A DNA stretch of 64,000 nucleotides from Chiloscyllium plagiosum (taxonomy: Eukaryota). Below the pieces are notes generated by a model. The model saw nothing but the letters and a program-made list of their open reading frames with translations, had not been told where the DNA came from and searched no databases. Within the stretch, counting starts at the first letter, position 1. Each line of letters opens with the position of its first letter. The DNA lies in contig NC_057728.1 of NCBI RefSeq assembly GCF_004010195.1, positions 48,179,521-48,243,520 on the forward strand, written 5' to 3'. Of the stretch, positions 1-13,400 are shown in pieces. The position numbers were made by a program, and so were the translations under genes.

Positions 1-200
1 GGAAACGGAAGTCTTGGAGGAGGTGGAGGGCGTGGGTGGTGTCACGAACGTATGTGGGGAGTTTCTGAACTAGGGAGGATAGGACAGTGTCGAGGTAAAG
101 ATGAGTTCAGTGGGGCAGGAGCATGCTGAGACAATGGGTCGGCCAGGGTGGTCAGGCTTATAGATCTTTGGAAGGAGGTAGAACCGGGCAGTGCGGGATT
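1..200 (-). mobile_element. Penelope-like element (PLE) reverse transcriptase fragment, cut by the window edge
   Basis: Minus strand reads RTARFYLLPKIYKPDHPGRPIVSACSCPTEL..YLDTVLSSLVQKLPTYVRDTTHALHLLQDFRF with one frameshift. This is the typical PLE RT N-terminal region (PKxxK..RPIV). Confidence 0.85.
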
Positions 201-239
201 CCTGGACATAAAGACTACTATTTGAAAGGATGTGCAGGA

Positions 240-890
240 ACAGAATAACTTGGCTGTAAACATTGATAAGTTATTAAGTGTGGCAGGACATGTACTGAGG
301 TCGCTTCACTAACGGAGCGTAAAGTACAAGAGCAGGGGTGTGAGCCTGAATGTAGATAGAACAGTAGTTAGACCTCAGCAGGAGTACTGTGTACATTTCT
401 AGTTGCCAGGGTTTAGGAAGAATATGAACATTTTGGAGAGAGTCCAGAAGCAGTTTAAGGAAATGGTTCCGGGGTTGAGAAACTTCAATTATGAAGATAG
501 ATTGCAGAGGTTGGGAGTGTTTTCCTTGGAAAGGAGAAGGCTTAGAGGAGATGTGAAGGAAGTTATCAAAATTTTGAGAGGTCTGGACAGAGTAGATATG
601 GACAGACTGTTCCTGCTCGTAGGCGGGTTGAGAACCAGAGGACACAAGTTTAATATGCTTTGCAAAAGAAGCAATTGCAAAACAGTTAGGGTGTGGAATG
701 CGCAGAGTGGAAATTTGGTGGAGGTGGGTACAATTGAGGCATCTATGAGGGCATTCGATGATTATCTAAATAAAGACTATGTGCAGGACTAAGAGAAAAG
801 GAGAGGAAATTGGCACGGAGCCAGAATGCTCCGGCAGCTGGTGCAGACAAGATGGGCTGAATGGCTTCTTTCTGTATCATGATAATCCTG
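240..890 (+). mobile_element. CR1-clade LINE, degraded 3' fragment
   Basis: ORF 403..792 gives LERVQKQF..MVPGLRNFNYEDRLQRLGVFSLERRRLRGD, the CR1 ORF2 C-terminus, followed by 3' UTR-like sequence. Confidence 0.85.
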
Positions 891-3800
891 TGTTTCTGTG
901 ATCCTTTGTGGTATCAAGTTCACCACTCATGTGAAGCACTGCGACATGTTTACATGTTTTACTACATTAAGGCACATATATACATGTAAATGTATAGTAT
1001 ATATGTATTTGTGTGTAAACTGTTGCTGTTCGTTTTCATGGAAAGTTAGGTTCTCCATAATTTTGTTCACTGGAGCTCAGAGATGGCCCCGAATCAGGAT
1101 TTAAATAACAGAACACCATTTTAACCCCCTCCATCGTACTCTTCCCAACTGAAAAGCAATTGGGTGGATATCAGTTAAGCACAGGATTAGGCTTGGCTCT
1201 GTTGCTCCCAAAAATTGGATGTTTGACAACACTCATTATGCAGCTTCATGGATGAAAAATGTTCAATTGAGCAATGAACAAGCATCAGTGAAGCATATCC
1301 CAGTATGAGTCAGCACCTTCCTGCGAGGAGGGGAAAGCACTGGCAGCAAAAATGAAAAAAACGAAGACTAAAAAAGGGAATTGTGTGAAATGAGGATCTA
1401 CTCCTTTTTTGTTCTGGCAATAAAAAACAGCTGTACGTTCTTGGTACAACAAATAATTTGACCATTGAGTTAAAGTGTAAAAATGACATGCTCCATATGT
1501 TTGATTTGAAAGAACTGATATTAACTCGAGCCGCTTTATGCTTCTCATGTAACTGCTTTTCCAGGAATTACAAAATGCATTTTCAGCAGGGGCCAAACTT
1601 GACAATAGCCAAATGACTTCTTGTCCACTCACCCCTGCTCTTTGTCTTGCTTACCTGTTTTGGCAGCCTCACCCCCCACAAATCAGAATTAACTCTATGT
1701 TGCTGTTGAGAGCTACATGAACAAATCTTCCCAAAATATATCATAATACCCTGCTTCATTGGAAAGCTAACTAACAATAATTAAGAAATAAACCATTAAT
1801 GTCATGGTTAAAAGAAAGAAAAATCTCTGAATTTATATGTTGTCTTATTATCACAATACAAAACACTTGACAACACTTAACACAAGTACCCAATCAATCA
1901 ATTTACTTGTTGCACTATCACGATTGCCGTGTAAGTGAACAATATGTACAAGCCATTATGTACAGTTCATGAACCATGCAGCAACTAGGAATGTATGGTA
2001 AAAAATTAGGTCAAACTCAAGTCTTTGTAATACACAGATGCACACTCATTGTCGATGTTAATGGAACTACGAAGTGTAATAAACCAGTCACGTGCTAGAA
2101 ACATGCATTAATGCGGATTAAGTGTACTATCTCAGTGTCTGGCATTTTCTTTCTACACCCAATCTTCATAATTAAAATCAGCTCAGGTGAAGATGATTGA
2201 GCTTCTTGCCTTGATAATGGTGGACAGTCCCATACTCATGTGCAAAGTAGATTGGTCAGGACTATTGCTCTTTATACTTCCAATTTGATAGGTAGATTTA
2301 ATCCTGTTCATCTCCAGACTGATGTTTGAAGTCAGCTGAAGACTACATTTGCCTTGACCCTTCTTGAATGGGACTCATTATTAAAATATGCAGCTGGAAA
2401 CAGAGAGTATGCTACAGAGATAATGAACTTATCCACTGCAGATAGCTTCTGGTCTGGGACTGAAACTTTGGGTTTGAGATAGGGCTTCCGGGAGCAAGCT
2501 GATGATTACTTCAATTTTCTTTACACTGATCACAAGGCTAAAGGTATCTGATTCATTGGAGAACAAGGTATGTCTAACTCTAAACTGGTGGTTAGGGCAT
2601 AACCATAGGCAAACAGGAAATGGCAAAGTATGTCTTTGGAGACATTGATCTTAGACTGGAGTTGTCGCAGATGTGCAGTATCCTGTCCATGTGATAGCTG
2701 ATCTCTGTAAGGACCACCATCATGGAAGGCATTGTCAGCCTGGCAGAGAAATAGTGCTGGTTAACTCTATTACTGATTGGACTGGCTCAAAAGATACACC
2801 AGCATCCAGGGCATTCATGAGCATGATGTCACAGAACTGTGGAACCATCCTGATGCATTTCTCAGGACTGCTGAATTTCTCCATTCTCTTCTGAACCTCT
2901 GTGAGTTGTTTGTGCCAAAGGCCTTGACCAGATGAACAAGTATGGTGCAAAGGTCTACATTCAGCTAATAGCATTTCATAGCACAAAGAGCTGTCTAACT
3001 GCAAGCACTGTATTGATGGTTCCTTGGCCTTTTCTGAAACAGCAGTGACTCTCTGACAGATTTTATTCAAGATATTGCAAAAACTAGTTCAGAGATATAG
3101 TAGCATAGATTTTACCAGTGGTGGACAGGTTGAGATTCCTGTCCAATTGTAGCAAGATTGGAGAGTCCCTTTCTGGTGTATAGGTGGAAAACAGAGGCAC
3201 CTTTATATTATTGTGGAATAGCTACTTGTACATACATGGTGGTGTGCAATGTTGATGTCTGACAAGAAAGCTGCAAGGACGATCAAGATTGGACTTTCTA
3301 CCAGCATCACTCATCTGTTTCCACTTGTGTACGCTGTCAGTCTCCAATATCTATCCAGAGCCATGGGCACATAACCCGTTCAAACCCCCTCCCATCACCA
3401 ATCTCACTCAACCATCAATTTAGTTTATTATAACATGTACATGAACAGGAGTTCTGATCGATTTCCTTCTCCATCAAGTCCACCACAAGGCTTATAGTAA
3501 ACTCATTAAAAATGAAAAATATATTTAGTTTGTCTCAGAGTCACCTGAAATTCTCTCCCTCCAACACATTGTTAGTGAAAATGTGAATCTTTGTAAAAGC
3601 AAATGCTGGAAATGAATTAAAAGGGAAGTGTATTCCTGTTCATGACAGTCAATTCTAAGGTCAAACTCTGGCATTGATAATATTTGCTTGAATTCTGCTA
3701 ATGTTTAGAATGCATGAAATGCTGACAACATAAGTTATTGCACTAATTGTATGAATGAGTCTCTTGTGCCTGTAGTTCTCCAATCCTCAATCGTGATCTT

Positions 3801-5137
3801 ACATTGAATGACTTCCACATTCAGTGCATTGCATTAAATATTGTCTCAATTTTGATTATTAAAATTGTCACTCAGCTTGTCTGTAATGTGTGTGAAATGA
3901 TTTATCAACGCGTTATTCTTCAGTAAACCAAATTTAAATGTTAGATAAAATTACTTTCTTTAACAAATCTGAAAATAATCAAACGTACATTGTAGGGCGA
4001 CTTTCTTTCACTGCAATGGTTAACTAACTAATTGTGGTTGTTTGTTTGAGAATTGCAGCAGTCAGACTGGAAGCTAATTAAGCATGGGGCAGAATGTTAC
4101 TGACCCATGGGGAATGGGGATGGAAGCTTGGGGTTGGGGGATGAATTAGAAAATGGGGACCTTGGTCGGATCGTCTTTCTGACACATTCTCACCTCTAGG
4201 CCTTTCCTCAGGAACTTGTTTGGGTTCCCCCTCCACAAAGGCTGACAGCTAATTGATTCAATTAAGATCTCACTTAGATGCCGCTTTAAGCAAACACCAA
4301 TATTTCCCTGACACTGGGGTAGGCACCTATGGTATGTGACGGGCTAGATTCTATCAACACCTTACCTTCCTCCATATGTTGCCCAACTAAGGCTGAGACA
4401 TCTCTGGGTCTTCTGATCTTCAACAACAGAACAAGAAATCTCTTCCCAATTGCGAGATGACAGGGTTGAAAGGGTTACCGTCTAACACAATATCCTCATG
4501 GCTATTGGAGTTCTCAGTGAAATGCCATTGTTTGAATGAAGACACCTTCATTTTGTGCTGCTCTCATTTTCTACAACATTCCTCAGCATATCCCCTCACC
4601 TGATGGGACTGCCAGCCTTCACCTTCCTGAAGATTGTGCTATTGGTCTTGTGGCCAGCCAGGAGGGGCCACATTTGATCCAAGTTGTGAGATCATGAAAC
4701 CCAGATGAAAACCCAGCCCAAGAATCCAGCTAAGCAAGGGAGTGGGCTGCCAACTGGGGTACATCCAGGAGGGAGCAACCAGAAGAATGGTCAAGTTAAT
4801 AACCAGACTTCATCAAAGTCCTGCCAGCTAGCTACCTGCCATAAAAATGGGTATGGAAAGATGAAACAGAGCAGCTGCCACCATTTGAAGATCAGAAGAC
4901 CCAGAGATGTCCTGGCATCACTTGGGCAACATATGAAGGAGGTTAGGAATTGATAGAATCCTGTAGGCGGGAAGTCATGAGGGATCAGTATGCGGGGTTT
5001 CCTAATTCAGAACTATGTGAGCCAAACTTTCCTTGCAAGACATTGAGAAGCACTCTTGCTCCTTCTGGTCTCAGAAGAGAACGCCTTACAGTTGCCGTAA
5101 AGGAACCACTTCTTCCCCTGATCAACCGTTGCTGTTA

Positions 5138-6137
5138 GAGCCTATGACCAGTGGAGTGCCACAGGGATCGATGCTGGGTCTACTGCTTTTCATCATTTAT
5201 ATAAATGATTTGGATATGAACATAGGAGGTATAGTTAGTAAGTTTGCAAATGACACTAATTGGAGGTATAGTGGACAGCGAAGAAGGTTACTTCAGATTA
5301 CAACGGGATCTTGGTCAGATGGGCCAATGGGCTGAGGAGTGACAGATGGAGTTTAATTTAGACAAATGTGTGGTGCTGCATTTTGGGAAAGCAAATCTTA
5401 GCAGGTTTTATACAGTTAATGGTAAGGTCCTAGGGAGTGTTGCTGCACAAAGACATCTTGGAGTGGAGGTTCGGAGCTCCTTGAAAGTAGAATTGCAAGT
5501 AGAAAGAATAGTGAAGAAGGCGCTTGGTATGCTTTCTTTATTGGTCAGAGCATTGTGAATAGGAGTTGAGAGGTCATCGGTTATGCCACTTTTGGACTAT
5601 TGTGTGCAATTCTGGTCTCCTTCCTTTTGGAAGGATGTTGTGAAACTTGAAAGGGTTCAGAAAAGATTTACAAGCATGTTGCCAGGATTGGAGGACCTGG
5701 GCTATAGGGAGAGGCTGAATAGGCTAGGTCTGTTTTCCCCAGAGGGTCGATGGCTGAGGGGTGACCTCATAGAGATTTATAAAATCATGAGGGGCGTGGA
5801 TAGGATAAATAGACAAAGTCTTTTCCCTGGGTGGGGGAGTCCAGAACTAGACGGCATAGATTTAGGGTGAGAGGGAAAAGAAATAAAAGGGACCTAAGGG
5901 GCAACTTTTTCACGCAGAGAGCAGTGCATGTATGGAATGTGCTGCCAGAGGAAGTGGTGGATGCTGGTACAATTGCAATATTTAAAAGGTATCCAGATAG
6001 GTATATGAACAGGAAGTGTTTAGAGGGATATGGGCCAAGTGCTGGCAAATGGGACTAGATTAGGTTAGGATATCTGGTCTGCATGGAGCAATTGGACCGA
6101 AGGGTCTGTTTCCGTGCTGTACATCTCTATGCCTCTA
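5138..6137 (+). mobile_element. CR1-clade LINE, 5'-truncated, relatively young family
   Basis: Frameshifted RT pieces [34 protein letters not shown] and LERVQKRFT..LRGDLIE. Ends in a CATCTCTATG tail. Confidence 0.9.
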
Positions 6138-6425
6138 AACAGGGGCAATCATCTTGTTGGGGGTGTACAGTAGATTCCCATACAGTCAAGGAGAGATAGA
6201 AATTAGATATGGCGGCAAATCTCAGAGGTGTATGAGAAGAATTGGGAAATAATATTAGGAGATCTCAACTTCCCCAGTATTAACTGGAATAGACAGTGTG
6301 AAAGATTTGGAGGGACAGAACTCATAAATGTGCCCAGGATAAAGTTTTAAGACAGCTTGTAGAAAGTCTTAAAGAGAGCAGGCAGTGCTGGACCTTATTT
6401 TGGGGAATGAAGCTGGGTAAGTGAT
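6138..6425 (+). mobile_element. Older CR1 LINE endonuclease-region fragment, interrupted by the Rex-like insertion
   Basis: Degraded GAIILLGVY..P..GDLNFPSINW...AVLDLILGNEAG, matching CR1 APE endonuclease motifs. Confidence 0.65.
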
Positions 6426-6429
6426 GGTC

Positions 6430-7760
6430 TGATTTATGAGTTTGATTTATTGTTGTCTCACGTAACAAAGGACAGTGAAATGTGTTGATTTGTGTACTAT
6501 GTAGGAATAGTACAAAGCACATCAGGGTGGCAGAAAAGATTGCATACAGTGTTACAGCAACAGAGAAGGTGCAAAGAGAACATCTAGATAACAAGAATAA
6601 CAAAGAGAGGTCAGAATTAGCATTTGAGTGATTTATTCAAAAGTCTGATGACAGCAGAGATGATGCTGTCCTTGAATCTGTTTGTATGTGTATTCAAACT
6701 TTAATATCTTCTGCCCAACAGAAGAGGGTGGAAGAGCATACAACCAGGGTAGGAGGGGTCTTTGATTGTGTTAGTTGCTTTCCCGAGGCAGCAGGAAGTA
6801 TATATGGAGTCAATGGATGGAAGGCTGGTTTGCGTGATGGACTGGGCTGCATTCATGATTCTCTGTGGTTTTTTTGCCATCTCGAGAAGAGCAGTTGCCA
6901 TATCACACTGTGATGCATCCAGATTGGATGTTTTCTCAGGTGCGTCGATAAAAGTTGGTAAAAGTCCTTGTGGACAGGCCAAATTTCCTTAGTCTCCTGA
7001 GGAGGTAGAGACGTTATTGTGCTTTCTTGATGTTGCATCGATGTGAGTGGACCAGGACAGATTGTTGGTGGTCAATTACTCCCAGGAATTTCCACCTCAG
7101 CTCCATTGCTGCTGTCCACTCCACTTCCTAAAGTCCATGACCAGCTCCTCCATTTTGCTGATGTTGATGGAGAGATCTTTGTCTTTTACAGCATGCCACT
7201 CAGTAGTAAAACTCTGTATTCTGCCTGTATTCTGTCTTCTTGTTGTTTGAGATCTGACCTACAATGGTGGAGCCACCAGCAAACTTGTAAATGGAGCCCG
7301 GGGGGAATTTGGCCATAAAGTCACGCGTACATAAGGGACACTGGTGTTGAGGATTATGGCGGAGGAGGTGTGGCCGCCTATTCTTACTGACTGGGGTCTG
7401 TTGGTAAGGAAGTCAAGAATCCAGTTACATACAGGGCAGCAGAGACCTAGGTCCCAGAGTTTGGAGATGAGTTTGTTTGGAATTATGGTCCTGAAAGCAG
7501 AGTTGTAGTCAATATATAGGAACCTGACGCAGGTGTCCTTGTTATCTAGATGTTCCAGGGATGAATGTAGAGCCAGAGAGATAGTATCTGCCATGGACCT
7601 GTTGCACTAGTAGGTGAATTGCAAAGGATCAAAGTAATTTTGGAGGCTGGAGTTGATGTGAGCCACAACTAACCTCTCAAAGCACTTCATAATTATGGAA
7701 GTCAGAACTACTGGGCACACTGCATGATTGAGGCGAGCTGTGTGATTTTTCTTTGGCACC
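6430..7760 (-). mobile_element. Rex1/Babar-like LINE fragment
   Basis: ORF 7259..7594 [63 protein letters not shown] and ORF 6701..6982 ..CLGKATNTIKDPSYPG..LLLGRRY resemble Rex-Babar RT and its C-terminus. Confidence 0.8.
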
Positions 7761-7799
7761 TTCTTAAAGCAGGGGTGGCCTTCAGGTCATTTTTGTTCT

Positions 7800-8125
7800 T
7801 AGTACATTTCTTCTTGGTAGAGAGGTCAATAACCAGGGAGCACAGTTTTAAGGCAAGTAGCAGAAGCTTTAGAGGAGTTTTGAGGGAAAAAAACTCAGGC
7901 AGAAAGTGGTGGATGTCTTCAACTCTCTGACTAAAAGATTGGTAGGGGTAGGAACCCTCAAGCCATTTAAGAAGTATTTAAGTAAGCATTTGGAATGCTA
8001 TAGCATGAAGGACTACAGTCCAAGTGCTGGCATATAGAATCAGAATAGATAGGTGTTTGATGACCAATGTGGACATGATGGGCCAAAGGGCCATGTTCCA
8101 TGCTATAAAGATTCAATGACTCTTT
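7800..8125 (+). mobile_element. CR1 LINE 3' end fragment
   Basis: TCAATAACCAGGGAGCACAGTTTTAAGG...ATGGGCCAAAGGGCC..ATTCAATGACTCT matches the other CR1 3' ends in the window. Confidence 0.6.
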
Positions 8126-8707
8126 GAGAGAATTGGAATGGAGTCTTTACAGCAATGTGTTGAACATACGTAATTCACAAGGATGTGTGCTTGTAATTTC
8201 TTCAATAAAGTGTTAGAAAATGCTGTCAACAACATTATTATCGGACTATTCGCCTGACCTGCATACTAACACTCAGTTCAAGTGTTCGAATCTGGAGACA
8301 TCATCACAATCATAATCCAAACATGAACACGAGGGTTTTAAGGGCAAGTGATAATATCAGCTGTTGAAAAGGAGATGGAAATCATTAAGAAAACTTTCAA
8401 TGCCTGATATTAAATGTAAAAGTGTGGCAGCAATACTCCTTTAGGCTCCCACATATATAGATCAAACCTCCCCAGCTGCCCTTCAAACAACTGATCACAT
8501 AATCCTACCAAAACTACAACTTACCTGAAGCTGAGTCCTTTCCCACAGCCCAGCAGCTGCTTCCTGGCAACTTCACTCAGGAAACTGACCACGCCTGTTC
8601 TATCAGAGCACAGGCATTATAATCCTACAAATGACATATTGCTGAGGGGACAGTTTGTGGCATCCCTAATTTCCATCCCTCACCCAGAGCCAAGTTCAAA
8701 ATTAGGG

Positions 8708-8858
8708 ACAGAAACTGAAACTGCTGGAGAAGTTCAACGGGTCCAACTGGACTCGAAACATTAACTCTGTTTTCTCTCCACAGAAACTGCTGAGATTCTC
8801 AAACAATTTCTATTTTTGTTTCATATTTCCAGCATTCACAGCTCTTTGTTTTATTTTA
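8708..8858. mobile_element. Short palindromic PLE-terminus derivative, partial hammerhead remnant
   Basis: ACAGAAACTGAAACTGCTGGAGAAGTTCAAC is joined to GACTCGAAACATTAACTCTG..TTTCCAGCA. Same family as 17035, 50368 and 55993. Confidence 0.55.
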
Positions 8859-10400
8859 AAAATTGGGATTTGGTGTCTGTTTTCACCAGTTTGTAATGAA
8901 CATTTAGACTGAAAGGAAACTTTTAATTTTCAATCTGCTGAACAAACTGGGTTTTGCTTAATATCTCTCAGTCTATGGTAATAGCCATTATACAACTTTC
9001 GACAAGAATACTGTTGCAACCTATGGTTCTACCATTGTCTCTAACTGGAAAATAGCACAATGGTTTTCTATGTTTTATAATGTGAATGAAGCATGTCACA
9101 GCAATTTGCTTCCAGTTTGACTAGAATTCGTAAAAGGTTTATTGAGCAGTTTCACTGAGTTAGAGAAGTTTCCAATGGAATAGTTCTGTGGGTTTTAATA
9201 GCTAGCTGTCTTCATGGTTGATCATAACTAATTGATCAGGTACAATTTAACCTTACTTAATCAACATTCTGGAGCCTATCGTTATTTATCAAATAAATCA
9301 GGCAGCTATTCATCAAAATCTGTCAAAATCTAAATGCGTGGTTGTGGTTTTGGAATCTCACTTAATCCAGAAATATAGTTCTGTACTAATCAACGGCTTT
9401 TGTAGCAGATGTTAGTTATTTAATTTTCTTGGTTTAGTGTAATTAAATTACAGAATTAAATTCAATTCTTGTCAATTTTGCAACCATAAAATGCAAATGA
9501 GATCAAGGTGCCCTTTTCACAAAGTCATTAAAATTTGTAAATGGAAAGGGACTGGGTTTAGGTGAAGTGGGCTGGATGTTTACACTGTGGTGATGTCACA
9601 ATTGCAGTCAAACTATTAGGGAGATTCCAAGTCAAAACTAAATGTGTCACATTGAGAAAGAAGGGAAGATTGGAGGTCATCGGTGTCTACATGTCTCCTC
9701 CATTTCCCTAACTCATGATCATCATAAATAAAGTTTTGGTAGATCTCCCACCCATCCTCTTGGGAATGACGTGTGGGATGAAAAAGAAAAATGGACTGGT
9801 TTTGTAAAGCCAGCTCTGATTTCAAGTTGATTGCATCATTTTGTTAAAGTATAGAATATCTAGTTATTCAATGTGGAGTTTCTGTACTTGAAACTATGAC
9901 TTTGTAAGGACCACAGATGTGTACTGTTACAATGATTGTTGCAAACTGAATTAAATGAGGGCAGTAAAATGAATCTCAGCTGGTCCAGTCTGTAATTGTA
10001 GGAATGTTCAAGCAGCGAAATTTTCTTTCCTTGAGTCACATCTGTGGAACTGAAGCTGCTACCTAATGATTAGACAGGATGTAGTGCAGTCTGTTAATAT
10101 TAGTGACAGGAAAAATGCTACACTTTGTGTGGTCTTGTGATCTACGATAAGACATCATTGCCATTCAGAACAGCCCTGAATAATAAAGGAATATTTCAGT
10201 AAAAAATGCAATTTTGCATTAAAAATAGCTAACATTGAAGTTGGCGTGTTGATATAAATAGTTCAGATCCTAAATATTCTGTAAAGTTTCAACTGTAATA
10301 TAATCACCCATTAATGAATCCTGTCAAAAACTTTGCCCAGTGCAAGTGAATTAAAATATTTTCTTGTGACTGAACCTGATCTGGACACAAACTGAACTTA

Positions 10401-11357
10401 GTCGAGAGTGTGATGCTGGAAAAGCACAGCAGGTTAGGCATCATCCGAGGAGCAGGAGAATTGACATTTCGGGCATAAGCCCTTCATCAGGAATGAGACT
10501 TGTGGGTCGGGACTGGAGAGATAAATGGAATGAAGGGTGGGGATGGGGGGAGTTGGCTGGGAAAGCAATGGGTGGATGAAGGTGAGGGAGAAGGTGATAG
10601 ATCATAAGGGGCAGTGATGGGCGGTGTCTGGAAGGCGGTGCCGAGTTGTAATCTTGGAACTGGGATAATGTGGGGAAAGGGGAAATGAGGAAGCTGTTGA
10701 AATTTACATTTATCCCGTGTGGTCAGATATCCATCAGAAAATCACTGGCACCTCTCCAAGTGTCATCTATTGCATCGGTTGCATCCGGTGTGGTCTCCTC
10801 TACATTTGGGAGACAAGACTCCTTCTTGCAGATCATTTCAGAGAACATCTCTGGGACATCTGCACCCACCAACCCCACCGCCCCATGGCTGGACACTTCA
10901 ACTCCCCCTCCCACTCTGTCAAGAACATGCAGGTCCTGGGCCTCTTCCATCGCCAAACTGTTACCCCACCAATGCCTAGAGGAGGAACGCCTCATATTCT
11001 GCCTTGGGACCCTGCAACCACGCGGGATAAATGTGGATTTCAACAGCTTCCTCACATTAACCCAGTCCCAAGCCTCCAACTCAGCACCGCACTCCAGCCC
11101 CATCCATCACTGCCCCGTCTGACTTATCACCTTCTCCCTCACCTTCATCCACCTATCACTTTCCCAGCTACCTCCCCTCATTTCCAACCCCCTCCCATTT
11201 ATCTCTGAGCCCTGACCCACAAGCCTCATTCCTGATAAAGGGCGTATGCCCGAAACGTTGATTCTCCTGCTCCTCGGATGCTGCCTGACCTGCTGTACTT
11301 TTCCAGCATCACACTCTGGACTCTGATCTCAAGCATCTGCAGTCCTCACTTTCTCAT
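10401..11357. mobile_element. Penelope-like element with inverted 5' copy of its 3' end; GIY-YIG endonuclease remnant; 14-bp TSD
   Basis: 10401-10720 is the reverse complement of the 3' end. ORF 10717 reads SPSVIYCIGCIRCGLLYIWETR..ADHFREH (GIY-YIG). Flanked by ACAAACTGAACTTA (10387-10400) and ACAAACTGAATTTA (11358-11371). Confidence 0.88.
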
Positions 11358-11639
11358 ACAAACTGAATTTAAAATAAATTGCTCCACTGACCATATATTT
11401 CACGTGAGTGACTGATATCTTGAAAATCAAGAGCATGATTTTCTTATTTTAATCTTTATTTTCTGAGTTAGCAGAAACAAATATGCAAAACAAACCTGAA
11501 TGTTTCAAAAATATCACAAAGCAAATAACCAAAACTTTGGCATCCCTAAAAATTGATGCTATCCTCTCCATGCATTGTCAATGAATTTTTAAAAATCAAT
11601 GCATGACAGCTTGCTGTCTATCAAAATAATCTTTCAGTG

Positions 11640-13400
11640 TGATCAGGGTACGACAGGTAAAACCATACCTTTTCAGTCCATCTCATCCACTCATGATTGG
11701 TGGTGGACACTTAAACAACTAATTGGAGGAAGAGACTCTCCAAGTATTCATTTCCTCAGTGATGGAGGAACCTAGCGTACTACTAGAAAAGACAAGGCTG
11801 AATTACTTACAATCATCTTCAGCCAGACATGCCAAGTGAATGATTCATCTCAACCTCCTCATGCAACTCGCAGCAATGTGGATGCCAGGCTCTAATCAAC
11901 TAAATTTGCTCCATGTGATATCAAGGTATGGCTGAAGATTCTGGATAGGCTATGGGTTCTAATGACATTCCAGCAATATTACAAAGTATTTGATCTCTAG
12001 AATTATCTGCACCCTAGCCAAACTGTTCCTAACAACTACAGCATTGACTTCTACTCAGCAATGTGGAAAATTGCCCAGTTATATACTGTCCACAAAAAGC
12101 AGGACAACTCTAATCTAGCCAATTATTGCTTGATCATCAATAAAATGATGGATATTGTTTTGACACTGCTAACAGGTGGCAATTACAAGCTGTAACCTGC
12201 TCACCGCTACTCAGTTTGGGTTCCACCACAGGCACTTAGCTCCTGATTTCATTATAACATGAATCCAAATATGGACCAAAGCGCTGAACTCCAAAGATGA
12301 GTGGAGAGAGATGGCCTTCATCAAGAAAGCACATGACTGAATATGGCATCAAGTCCCTGAGCAAAAGTGAAATCGGGATAAACACTCCACTGATTGGAGT
12401 CATATGACATAGGAACATAGTTATTGTTAATCATTTTAGTCCCAGGACATCTCTGCAGAAATTCCTCAGGGCAGTGTCCGAGGTCCAATAATCATCAGCT
12501 GCTTCATCAAAGGTCTTCTCTCCATCAAAAAATAGGAAGTGGTGATGCTCACTGATAATTTTGCAATTCACAAAGGTTCAAGAAGACAGCTCACCACTAC
12601 CTTTTCAAATAAGTGTTGGCCCAGCCAGCAATGCCAATATCTTGTGAGTGAAGAAAAAAGTTCAGTTCAGTTTGTGACCCCCTCAGACACCGAAGTTCTC
12701 CATGCCTGCATGTACCAAAACATGGAGAACACCCATAATTTAGCTCATAAATAACAAGTAACATTCATCCCATGCAATTGCCAGTCAATGACCATCTCCA
12801 ACGTGAGAGAAACTTAATCATTTCCTTTTGACCTTCAGAGGCATTACCATCACTTAATACCCTGTCATCAGTATTCTGTGGACAACCATTTTCCAGAAAT
12901 TAAACTGGATCAGCCATATAACTACCATGGCTGCAAGATCAGGTCAGAGAATAAGAAGTTTGCTACCAACAACTCAACTCTTTATTCCCTAAGCCCTGTC
13001 CACCATTTGCAAGGCACAAGTCAGGATAGTGAAGAATACTTTCCACTTTCCAGGATGTGTGCAAATCCAACAAAACTCAAGAATCTTCAGTCTATCCAGG
13101 ACAAAATATACCTTTTTGACTGGCACCACATCTACAAACTTAGACGTTCACGTCTTCCTCCACTGATGCACAGTGGCAGCAATGTGTACCATCTACAAGA
13201 TGCACAAGAAACACCTTCAACACCATCTTCTAAACCTGCAGCCTCCACTGTCCAGAAGGGCAAAGGAACAGATATATGGGAATACCACCATCTATAAGTT
13301 TCCCTCCAAGTCCCACATCATTCTGACCAAGACCATATTGCCTTTCCTTCACCTCTTCTGAGACTAAATTTTGGAATGCCTTCTCGAAAAGCAAACTGGG
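11640..13400 (+). mobile_element. Ancient degraded LINE (CR1/L2 group) RT region
   Basis: Recognisable decayed motifs: ELSAPLAKLF..MWKIAQLYTVHKKQDNSNLANY, QFGF, PQGSVRGP. Many stops and frameshifts. Confidence 0.65.

Noticed and set aside
4085..4900. Possible old non-autonomous DNA transposon (GGGCAGAATGTTAC start; similar GC-richer patches near 8470-8705, 39820-40275 and 62395-62820)
   Set aside because: No convincing paired terminal inverted repeats or TSDs could be read.
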